Source of the DNA: Dehalococcoidia bacterium
GTDB lineage: Bacteria > Chloroflexota > Dehalococcoidia > Dehalococcoidales > JAUXAE01
NCBI GenBank assembly: GCA_030665535.1
Contig: DAOUZU010000001.1
Coordinates: 1-30,681, forward strand
DNA length: 30,681 nucleotides
Direction: 5' to 3'
How positions within the stretch are numbered: the stretch's first letter is position 1; every line of letters starts with the position of its first letter. Shown here piece after piece: positions 10,455 to 22,050 of this stretch. Position numbers and translations under genes: made by a program. Under the pieces are notes generated by a model. It saw nothing but the letters and a program-made list of their open reading frames with translations, was not told where the DNA came from and ran no database searches.

Positions 10455-11549
10455 ATGCAAAACCTGCGCATACCGGGGCCAACACCCTGCCCCGAGGATG
10501 TCCTGGAAGCTATGGGCCGACAGATGGTTAACCACCGCGGCCCGGAGTTCGCCAGCCTCCTGACCGATGTTACGGAAAAGCTCAAGCGTCTGTTTAAGAC
10601 GCAGAGCGATGTATTTCTGCTCACCGCCTCGGGCACGGGCGGCCTTGAGGCGGCGGTGGTCAACATGCTTTCGCCGGGGGACGTGGTGCTGTCCGTATCC
10701 ATCGGCGTCTTCGGCCACCGCTTCGCCGCCATCGCCAGCCAGTTCGGTGCCCAGGTGATACCTTTGAACTTTGAGTGGGGCCAGGCCGCAGAGATTGACG
10801 CCATCCGCCAGGCCCTTAGGGATAACCCCAAAATCAAGGCGGTGCTGGTCACTCACAACGAGACCTCCACCGGCGTTACCAACGACCTCAAGGCCATCAG
10901 CGCCTTAGTCAAAGAGTTTGACAAGCTGCTCGTGGTAGACGCCATCTCCAGCCTGGGCTCCATTGAGCTGCCGGTGGACGAATGGCGCTGCGATGTTACC
11001 GTTACCGGCTCGCAGAAGGGCTGGATGGTGCCGCCGGGGATGGCCATGGTGGCCGTAGGCCGGGAGGCCTGGGAGGCCAACAGCCGAGCCACTATGCCCC
11101 GCTTCTACTGGGACTTCGCCAAGGCCAAAAGCTACCTGGAAAAAGGCCAGACCCCCTGGACGCCGGTGTTGTCCATCGTCTTTGCCTTCTCGGTAGCTCT
11201 GGATAAGATGCTCACCGAAGGGCTGGACAGCATAATCGCCCGCCACGCCCGAATTGCCCAAATGACCCGTGATGGCATCAAAGAGCTGGGCCTCTCCCTC
11301 TTCGCCGAGGAGAGCCACGCCTCCAATACGGTTACCTCCGTGGCCGCTTCGGGCGGCTTGGACACTAAAATACTGGTCAAGATAATGAGAGAGGAGCACG
11401 GCATTGTGCTTGGCGGCGGCCAGCAGACGATGGCCGGCAAGATATTCCGCATTGGCCACCTGGGCTGGGTGAACGAGGATGACATCGCCCAGGTTCTGGC
11501 GGCTCTTAAAACAGCCCTGCCCCAGGCCGGTTTCAGGAGCGGTAGCTAA
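10455..11549 (+). CDS. Class V PLP-dependent aminotransferase (alanine-glyoxylate / serine-pyruvate family; candidate phosphoserine aminotransferase)
   Basis: RIPGPT, NHRGPEF, SGTGGLEA, HNETSTGV, VDAISSLG, GSQKG (PLP lysine), FRIGHLG. Start placed at ATG 10455 after AAGGAG (track start 10437). Confidence 0.92.
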   Translation: MQNLRIPGPTPCPEDVLEAMGRQMVNHRGPEFASLLTDVTEKLKRLFKTQSDVFLLTASGTGGLEAAVVNMLSPGDVVLSVSIGVFGHRFAAIASQFGAQVIPLNFEWGQAAEIDAIRQALRDNPKIKAVLVTHNETSTGVTNDLKAISALVKEFDKLLVVDAISSLGSIELPVDEWRCDVTVTGSQKGWMVPPGMAMVAVGREAWEANSRATMPRFYWDFAKAKSYLEKGQTPWTPVLSIVFAFSVALDKMLTEGLDSIIARHARIAQMTRDGIKELGLSLFAEESHASNTVTSVAASGGLDTKILVKIMREEHGIVLGGGQQTMAGKIFRIGHLGWVNEDDIAQVLAALKTALPQAGFRSGS

Positions 11550-11550
11550 A

Positions 11551-13125
11551 ATGAAAAGTGTTCTGGTAGCCGATTCCATCTCGGAAACAGGCCTGAAGAT
11601 GCTGCGTCAGCACGCCCAAGTTGACGTCCGCACGGGCCTGAAGCCCGACGAACTGGCCGCTATCATCGGTAATTACGAAGCCCTGCTGGTGCGCAGCCAG
11701 ACCCAGGTTACGGCCGCTGTCATCGCCGCCGGCAACAAGCTCCAGGTCATCGGCCGGGCCGGTGTCGGCGTGGATAATATAGATATAGACGCCGCCACTG
11801 GGCGCGGCATCGTCGTCGTCAACGCGCCCACGGGCAACACCATATCCGCCGCCGAGCACACCATCGGCCTGATTTTCGCCCTGGCCCGACACATACCGCA
11901 GGCAGACGCCAGCCTGAAGTCCGGCGCCTGGAAGCGGTCCCAGTTCATGGGCAGCGAGATAAGAGGCAAGACCCTAGGCATTATCGGCCTGGGCAATATA
12001 GGCTCGGAGGTGGCCAAGCGTGCCCGCGGCCTGGAGATGAGTGTAATGGCCTACGACCCTTTTCTCTCCGAGGAAAGGGCACAGCAACTCCAGGTGGAGC
12101 TGGCCCCCCTGGACAGGCTGTTAAGCGAGGCCGACTTCATCACCCTCCATGTGCCCATGACGGCTTCCACAAAGGGAATAATAAGCGCCAAAGAGCTGGC
12201 CACTATGAAACCAACCGCCCGGATTATCAACACCGCCCGCGGCGGTCTTATTGATGTAGACGCACTTGCCAAAGCCGTTAGAGAAAAGAAACTTGCCGGC
12301 GCCGCCGTCGATGTCTTCACCGAGGAGCCAATAACCAAGAGTATCCTTTTTGAAACAGAGGGCATCATCGTCACCCCCCACCTGGGCGCTTCCACTACCG
12401 AAGCCCAGGCCCGGGCCGCTGTGGATGTGGTCAAGCAGGTGATTGACGTCTTCAACGGGCAAACGGCCAGGTACGCCGTCAACGCTCCCTTTATCTCGGC
12501 GGAGGGCCTGCCGGTGCTGGCTCCCTATGTCCGTGTGGCCACCACCCTGGGCCACCTGGTCAGCCAGCTTACCGACGGACAGATGAAAGAGGTTAAGATT
12601 GTCTACGAGGGCGACATTTCCAATTACGATACCACCGCCCTTAAATCCATCGTCCTCGGCGGCCTGTTGGAGCAGATAAGCGAGGACAGGGTCAACCTGG
12701 TCAACGCCAACCTGATAGCCTGCCAGCGCGGTATCTCGGTGGTGGAGCAGAAGGAGCCCACCTGCGAGAACTACACCAACCTGCTTACGGTAGAGGTCAC
12801 CACATCAAGCGGCACTATCGCCGCTGCCGCCACTATAATGCGCTCTCAAACACACATTGTAAGGATCAACAACCACTGGATTGACATCGTTCCCGGCGGC
12901 TACTTCCTGTTCAGCGACCACCTCGACCGTCCCGGGCTTATCGGCGCTGCCGGCAAGATAACCGGTGATGCCGATATCAACATAAGCTATATGCAGCTCA
13001 GCCGCCTAAAGCCCAGGGGGAAGGCGCTTATGGTACTGGCCTTGGACGAACCCTTGAGCCAGGCGCAGCAGCAGCAACTGCTGGCCCTTCCCAGCGTCTA
13101 TACGGCCAAGCTGGTGAAACTGTAG
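11551..13125 (+). CDS. serA: D-3-phosphoglycerate dehydrogenase, long form with C-terminal regulatory (ASB/ACT) domains
   Basis: GRAGVGVDNID, NAPTGNTISAAEH, GIIGLGNIG, NTARGG, TPHLGAST.EAQ, ACT-like DRPGLIG. Start at ATG 11551 after AGGAG (track start 11479 overlaps the upstream gene). Confidence 0.96.
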   Translation: MKSVLVADSISETGLKMLRQHAQVDVRTGLKPDELAAIIGNYEALLVRSQTQVTAAVIAAGNKLQVIGRAGVGVDNIDIDAATGRGIVVVNAPTGNTISAAEHTIGLIFALARHIPQADASLKSGAWKRSQFMGSEIRGKTLGIIGLGNIGSEVAKRARGLEMSVMAYDPFLSEERAQQLQVELAPLDRLLSEADFITLHVPMTASTKGIISAKELATMKPTARIINTARGGLIDVDALAKAVREKKLAGAAVDVFTEEPITKSILFETEGIIVTPHLGASTTEAQARAAVDVVKQVIDVFNGQTARYAVNAPFISAEGLPVLAPYVRVATTLGHLVSQLTDGQMKEVKIVYEGDISNYDTTALKSIVLGGLLEQISEDRVNLVNANLIACQRGISVVEQKEPTCENYTNLLTVEVTTSSGTIAAAATIMRSQTHIVRINNHWIDIVPGGYFLFSDHLDRPGLIGAAGKITGDADINISYMQLSRLKPRGKALMVLALDEPLSQAQQQQLLALPSVYTAKLVKL

Positions 13126-13130
13126 ACGGG

Positions 13131-13712
13131 ATGAGCATCGGCGTTCTGGCCCTCCAAGGGGCCTTCGTAGAGCATATAGAGATTCTAAAGCGCCTGGGGG
13201 TGCAGGCGACAGCCGTCCGCCGGCCGGAGGATCTCAAAGACCTGGACGGTATTATTATCCCCGGCGGTGAGAGCACCAGCATCGTCAACCTTATGCAAAC
13301 CTCCGCAATGCTCCAGCCGCTTAAAGAACTGGCCGGGGCCGATTTCCCCATCCTGGGCACCTGCGCCGGCATGGTCTGCCTGGCCCGTGAGGTGGCCGAT
13401 AACTCCTACCCGCCGGGACTGGCGGCTATGGATATTGTGGTGCGGCGAAACGCCTTTGGCCGCCAGGTTGACAGCTTTGAGGCCAAACTGGCCTTTCCCG
13501 CCCTGGGTGAAAGGCCCTACCCCGCCGTCTTCATCCGCGCCCCTATTGTGGAAAGCACGGCGGCGGCGGTGCAGGTGCTGGCCCGCCTGAACGATGGCAG
13601 TGTCGTCGCTGTCAGGCAGGGAAGGTTGCTGGCCACCGCCTTTCACCCCGAGCTTAGCGCCGACATCAGGCTACACCGCTACTTCCTGAAGATTGTCGCC
13701 GGCAGTGGCTAG
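13131..13712 (+). CDS. pdxT: Pyridoxal 5'-phosphate synthase glutaminase subunit
   Basis: IGVLALQG, IPGGEST, GTCAG (catalytic Cys), RRNAFGRQVDSFE, FIRAP, FHPEL (His-Glu). Confidence 0.96.
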   Translation: MSIGVLALQGAFVEHIEILKRLGVQATAVRRPEDLKDLDGIIIPGGESTSIVNLMQTSAMLQPLKELAGADFPILGTCAGMVCLAREVADNSYPPGLAAMDIVVRRNAFGRQVDSFEAKLAFPALGERPYPAVFIRAPIVESTAAAVQVLARLNDGSVVAVRQGRLLATAFHPELSADIRLHRYFLKIVAGSG

Positions 13713-13724
13713 GCGGCTTCCAGC

Positions 13725-15029
13725 CTACTTGAGGCGGTACATCAGCAGCCCTGAGGGCAGCTTGGGATAGAAGTAGGTCGACTTGCGAGGCATACGGTCG
13801 CCGGCATCGGCGATATCCTTGATGACGGCGGCGGAAACCGGCTTCAGTATGAAGGCCAACTGGTACTCGCCGGCGGCCACCCGCTTTACGGCGTCCTGCC
13901 GGTCGTAGCTGTAATCTATGCCGGACACCTCATCGCTGCTCATTGCCAGCAGCTCCTCCAATATGACATGGTCAAGAACGCTGACATCCAGTTTTTTGTA
14001 TGCCTCCGAGTGGAAGTAGGGCATCATCTGACCGGCGGCGGCCATGTCGCGCAGCGTCAGCACCAGGAGTTGCCCCGGTTTAAGCCCTAAAAGAACCAGC
14101 CTTATTTTGCCGCTCTCTGCCAGAAGCTCATCCACCTTCGGCCACACCCCGTCCTCACCAAGAGGCAGGGCGTCTACCTCAAAGAAAAGGTCCAGCTTGG
14201 CCATAAGGCCGTCCAGGCTGGCTGAAGGCAAACCGCGCAGCAGACGGTGCGGCGGCAGGATGATTAACCCCGAGTCGTGAAAGTCCACCAGTGTCATCAT
14301 GACGTAATTGCTGGGTTCATCGTCAGCCAGCTCCGGCGACAGCATCAACTGCTCACGGCGATAGACCAGGGCCGTCTCGTAGCGGTGGTGTCCATCGGCG
14401 ATATAGAGCGGTTTAGGGGCAAGGCTCCCGGCTATAGCTGCTACGGCTTCAGGGTCGGTAATGGCCCAAACCCGGTGGCCCTCTCCGCCGGAAGAAAGGC
14501 TCATTATGGGCTCGCTCTCGGCCTGTTGGTCTAACCGGGAGGCTACCTTGCGGCGGCTATCCTCGTACAGGGAAAATATAGGGCTGGTGTTAACCTTAAG
14601 TTCCCAGAGAAGGCTCATCCGGTCGCTCTTGGGACCGGTAAGAGTACCTTCGTGGGGACGGATGACCATGCTGTCCCACTCTTCCAGCCTGACACGGACG
14701 ACTATGCCGCGGCGCGTGTAGCTCTTTCCCTGGCAGGTGAAGCTGTGGTCGTGGAGATATATAGCCGGCGTCTTGTCCTTAAACATCACGCCATCATCCA
14801 GCCACTTATTTAAGGTGGTCGCCGCCCGGGTGTACTTGTTGTCGGCGGGCGTATCCTGCGGTGTCTGTCGGCCCTGCTCAATGCGGATAAAATTATACGG
14901 ACTGGCTGCATTCAGGTACTGCTCCATCTGGGGACTGATGACATCATAGGGGGGGCATATAACGCCCGCCAAGTCACCGACCAGCGACTGGTTGTAGCGC
15001 ACACCACGGAAAGGACATATCTCAGCCAT
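13725..15029 (-). CDS. DUF1015-family protein (ParB/Srx-like DGHHR motif)
   Basis: I.PFRG.RY, PPYDVIS, PHEGTL, IADGHHRYETAL, PPHRL and C-terminal MPRKSTYFYPKL.SGL, as I recall for DUF1015; 434 aa. Confidence 0.88.
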   Translation of the reverse strand: MAEICPFRGVRYNQSLVGDLAGVICPPYDVISPQMEQYLNAASPYNFIRIEQGRQTPQDTPADNKYTRAATTLNKWLDDGVMFKDKTPAIYLHDHSFTCQGKSYTRRGIVVRVRLEEWDSMVIRPHEGTLTGPKSDRMSLLWELKVNTSPIFSLYEDSRRKVASRLDQQAESEPIMSLSSGGEGHRVWAITDPEAVAAIAGSLAPKPLYIADGHHRYETALVYRREQLMLSPELADDEPSNYVMMTLVDFHDSGLIILPPHRLLRGLPSASLDGLMAKLDLFFEVDALPLGEDGVWPKVDELLAESGKIRLVLLGLKPGQLLVLTLRDMAAAGQMMPYFHSEAYKKLDVSVLDHVILEELLAMSSDEVSGIDYSYDRQDAVKRVAAGEYQLAFILKPVSAAVIKDIADAGDRMPRKSTYFYPKLPSGLLMYRLK

Positions 15030-15044
15030 TAATCAAATCGGTAG

Positions 15045-17210
<2,166 letters not shown>

Positions 17211-17243
17211 ATGTTTCTATTACAATAGTTAGGGAGGGTTAAA

Positions 17244-17765
17244 ATGGCACGCTACGGATGGTTAATATCTCTGGCGGGGTTGGTGGTGGTGCTGGTGCTG
17301 CTTATTGTCTCCAGGGGCAACCTGAGCAGTCTCGAGGAAGACCTGGATGCCGCCGAGCAACGGAATACGAGCCTGAGTTCCCAGCTGGCGCAAGCCCAGA
17401 CGGACAAGAGCCAGCTTCAATCCGACCTGGACGTGGCCAACGCCGAGTTGGCTAGTATTAATGCCGTCTTCCCGCCCAGTAATTTCTCCTCATCCTCGGA
17501 ACTGGAGAACTGGCTGCTGAGCAACGGCAGCTCTCTGCAACCGCCCACAACTACCTGGGAGGGATGGTACTCGAGGGCTTTGCAAGTTCAGGCCGATGCG
17601 CTTGCTGACGGCTTCATTATTTCCGTGGACTACGACTACTTCTTCGATGGGGTAGACGAATTCTTTTCTGTTTGGAATATTGCCGTCATTAATGGAGTAA
17701 TCTGGTTCTGGGATCCCGAGACTGACGAACCAATCCAGGATAATCTCCTAGATTCAGTTGGTTAA
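17244..17765 (+). CDS. Hypothetical membrane-anchored protein: N-terminal TM/signal, coiled coil, small acidic C-terminal domain
   Basis: GGGAGG RBS 17232-17237; hydrophobic WLISLAGLVVVLVLLIV; heptad-like segment LSSLEEDLDAAEQRNTSLSSQLAQAQTDKSQLQSDLDVANAEL; aromatic/acidic C-terminus; TACAAT -10-like at 17221-17226. Confidence 0.85.
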   Translation: MARYGWLISLAGLVVVLVLLIVSRGNLSSLEEDLDAAEQRNTSLSSQLAQAQTDKSQLQSDLDVANAELASINAVFPPSNFSSSSELENWLLSNGSSLQPPTTTWEGWYSRALQVQADALADGFIISVDYDYFFDGVDEFFSVWNIAVINGVIWFWDPETDEPIQDNLLDSVG

Positions 17766-17795
17766 AGATGGAAAGCGACCTGACTACAGCTAATA

Positions 17796-18395
17796 ATGCA
17801 GTTAATCGTTGGCCTGGGTAATCCGGGGCGGGTCTACAGCGGCAAACGGCACAATGTCGGCTTTATGAGCCTGCGCCACCTGGCCCGTGGGCAGGGTATC
17901 CGTTTTGACAGAAAGAAGGGCCTGGCCCGAATCGGCGGTGGCGTAATCGCCGGTCAGAAAGTGGTGCTGGCCCGGCCGCAGACCTATATGAACCTTAGCG
18001 GCCGCTCCGTCAGTCGCCTGATGAAAACGTTCAAGGCCGGTCTCGATGACATTATCGTCATACACGACGACATCGACCTGCCCCTGGGAACGATTCGCAT
18101 CCGGCGGGGGGGTGCTTCCGGCGGACAGAAGGGCGTTGAGTCCATCATTGCCGAACTGGGCAGCCGTGATTTCATCCGTGTAAGGATAGGCATCGGCCGC
18201 CCGGCGGCTGAAGCGACCGGGCCAAGGGCCGACCAGGCAGAGGTCGTTAACCATGTCCTGGGAGACTTCAACCCCGCCGAGAAAATGGTCATCATCCAGT
18301 TGATACCCAGGGTCAGCCAGGCCATCGTCTGCCTGCTACAGGAGGGCCTGACGGTAGCCATGAGCCGCTATAACCAGTCCTTTGCAGGGCAATAG
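17796..18395 (+). CDS. pth: Peptidyl-tRNA hydrolase
   Basis: LIVGLGNPG, RHNVGF, RPQTYMNLSG, HDDIDL, GG.SGGQKG, RVRIGIGRP. Confidence 0.97.
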   Translation: MQLIVGLGNPGRVYSGKRHNVGFMSLRHLARGQGIRFDRKKGLARIGGGVIAGQKVVLARPQTYMNLSGRSVSRLMKTFKAGLDDIIVIHDDIDLPLGTIRIRRGGASGGQKGVESIIAELGSRDFIRVRIGIGRPAAEATGPRADQAEVVNHVLGDFNPAEKMVIIQLIPRVSQAIVCLLQEGLTVAMSRYNQSFAGQ

Positions 18396-18410
18396 GGCCA
18401 GTGTTATAAT
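18382..18410 (+). promoter_or_regulatory. Candidate promoter for the TIGR00725-eno-tcmP-like-dehydratase-gap run (TTGCAG-N17-TATAAT with extended TG)
   Basis: ttgcag 18382-18387, TG-T-tataat 18402-18410. Confidence 0.65.
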
Positions 18411-18422
18411 CTGACTGCTCCT

Positions 18423-20196
<1,774 letters not shown>

Positions 20197-20211
20197 TATG
20201 CGAGGTCTTCT

Positions 20212-21012
20212 ATGCCAGGCGAAGCCCGGCAACAGCTAAAGAAGTGGGCCCGCCACAAGCTTGAAAGCCTCGGCGACTTCCTTGAAAACCACGCCGCCGG
20301 CCTGAAGAGCAGAACCTATTATATTGACCTCTTCAGCCACGATACCGCCGCAGGCGTCACCCCTGCGGTATTTGAAACAGAGACCCGTTTCACCGGCTAT
20401 ATTTTTGCGGCCCGTGATGGCGGCCAGGCCCGCGAAATCAGGCGGCTTACCGCCGCCCACCGGGGCGAGACAACCGTAATCAGCGGCAGCCTCGTCCACG
20501 ATAGCGTCGTCAGACGTCTCTTTGACGGCATCCCCAGGTCTGCCTCCAGCTTCGCCCTAATAGATCCACCGGGCTACCGCCGGCTGCGCTGGTCGCTGAT
20601 AAAAAAGCTGGCCACCCACGGAGTAGACTGGCGCGGCCACAAGACCGACCTTCTCATCATCTTCCCCCTGGAAATGGCCTTGACCCGCAACCTGACCCGC
20701 CCCGAGTGCGCCGCTTCCATAACCAGGCTCTTCGGCGGCAGCGACTGGCTGAAGATTAAGAAATCGCTAGTGGAGGGCAGCTCCAATCTTGACGTCGTCC
20801 GCCATCAGCTGGTGTCCCTGTACAAAAAGGGCCTAAAGAGTCTTGGCTACCGCTATGTCAGCGATACCAGCCCGGCCCCCTTCTCACGCCCGCCCGTCTA
20901 CCATGTCATCTGGGCCAGCGACCGCCAGAACCGGGCCAGGCTGCTGGCCGATGTCTGGGGCCGGCCCCGATATTTAGCCGACGAGCTTTTCGCTGGCGAG
21001 AAGGCAGAATGA
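20212..21012 (+). CDS. TcmP-like (three-Cys-motif partner) protein, degenerate methyltransferase-like fold
   Basis: W..HKL..L..FL N-terminus, YYIDLF, FALIDPPG...W.LIKKLA, KTDLLIIFP.EMAL.RN, ITRLFG..DW, YHVIWAS resemble TcmP-family motifs as I recall them; 266 aa; GAGGT RBS. Confidence 0.65.
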   Translation: MPGEARQQLKKWARHKLESLGDFLENHAAGLKSRTYYIDLFSHDTAAGVTPAVFETETRFTGYIFAARDGGQAREIRRLTAAHRGETTVISGSLVHDSVVRRLFDGIPRSASSFALIDPPGYRRLRWSLIKKLATHGVDWRGHKTDLLIIFPLEMALTRNLTRPECAASITRLFGGSDWLKIKKSLVEGSSNLDVVRHQLVSLYKKGLKSLGYRYVSDTSPAPFSRPPVYHVIWASDRQNRARLLADVWGRPRYLADELFAGEKAE

Positions 21013-22031
21013 AGAAAACCGGCATCACCACCACCGTTCCCATTGAGGTCCTGCTGGCCGCCGGGTACCAGCCAGTTGACCTGAACAATATCTTCATCTC
21101 CCACCCGGAGCCGGAGAAGCTGCTGGCCGTAGCCGAAAGGGACGGCTTCCCCCTTAATTGCTGTGCCTGGATAAAGGGCATCTACGGGGTGTGTCTTCAA
21201 GGCGGCCTTGACAGCGTCCTCTGCGTCACCAGTGGCGACTGTTCTAATACCATAATGCTTATGGAAGTCCTTAAACTGAAGGGCATTAAGACAATGGCCT
21301 TCGCCTACCCCGAGCAACCGGACAGCCGGCGGATGTCTTCCGCCCTCAAGCGCCTGGCCGGAGATCTGGGCACCACGCTGGAAGCGGCGGAAGGGCTAAG
21401 GGATGAGCTTCAGCCCGCCCGTAATGCCGTCCTTGAACTTGACCGCCTCACCTGGCAGGAGGGCCTGGTAAGCGACTGGGAGAACCATATCTCCCTGGTC
21501 TCCGCTTCCGACTTTAACCAGGACAACCGGCGCTACCTGGCGGGGACGGAGGCCCTGATTGAGGAATGCCGCCGGCGCCAGCCATACCGGGACGATATGC
21601 TGCGCCTGGCCTATATTGGCGTGCCGCCTGTTTTCGGGCGCCAGCTTTACGGCTTTCTGGAGAGCAACAAGGCCCGCGTCGTTTTCAACGAAGTGCAGCG
21701 CCAGTTCGCCATGCCCCGTCCCGGCCGGAACCTGCCGGAGCAGTACACGAACTATACCTACCCCTACTCCATACACGGCCGCCTGAGGGATATCCGGGCC
21801 GAGATTAAACGGCGCCGGATTGACGCCGTTGTCCACTATGTCCAGGCCTTCTGCCACCGGGCGATTGGTGATATAATCCTGCGCCGGGGGCTTAATCTGC
21901 CCGTCCTGACCCTGGAGGGCAATAGTGATTTCGGCCTAAGCCAGCAGAACAGGACCAGGTTGGAGGCTTTCCTTGACATTGTCACCCTGAAAAGGCAAGG
22001 TAGAAGGACCCTGGTTAGGAGCCCCGTATAG
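21009..22031 (+). CDS. 2-hydroxyacyl-CoA dehydratase subunit (HGD-D family, Fe-S)
   Basis: GITTTVPIEVL.AAG, Cys motifs CCAWIKG / GDCSNT / QAFCHR, LPVLTLEG, RTRLEAF; 340 aa; ATGA overlap with the upstream gene. Confidence 0.85.
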   Translation: MKKTGITTTVPIEVLLAAGYQPVDLNNIFISHPEPEKLLAVAERDGFPLNCCAWIKGIYGVCLQGGLDSVLCVTSGDCSNTIMLMEVLKLKGIKTMAFAYPEQPDSRRMSSALKRLAGDLGTTLEAAEGLRDELQPARNAVLELDRLTWQEGLVSDWENHISLVSASDFNQDNRRYLAGTEALIEECRRRQPYRDDMLRLAYIGVPPVFGRQLYGFLESNKARVVFNEVQRQFAMPRPGRNLPEQYTNYTYPYSIHGRLRDIRAEIKRRRIDAVVHYVQAFCHRAIGDIILRRGLNLPVLTLEGNSDFGLSQQNRTRLEAFLDIVTLKRQGRRTLVRSPV

Positions 22032-22050
22032 AGCTACAAGGAGGGAGAAA

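Noticed and set aside
13710-13727. TAGGC...GCCTA hairpin at the convergent pdxT/DUF1015 junction as a bidirectional terminator
   Set aside because: Only a 5-bp stem with no T-tract on either side; too weak to call.
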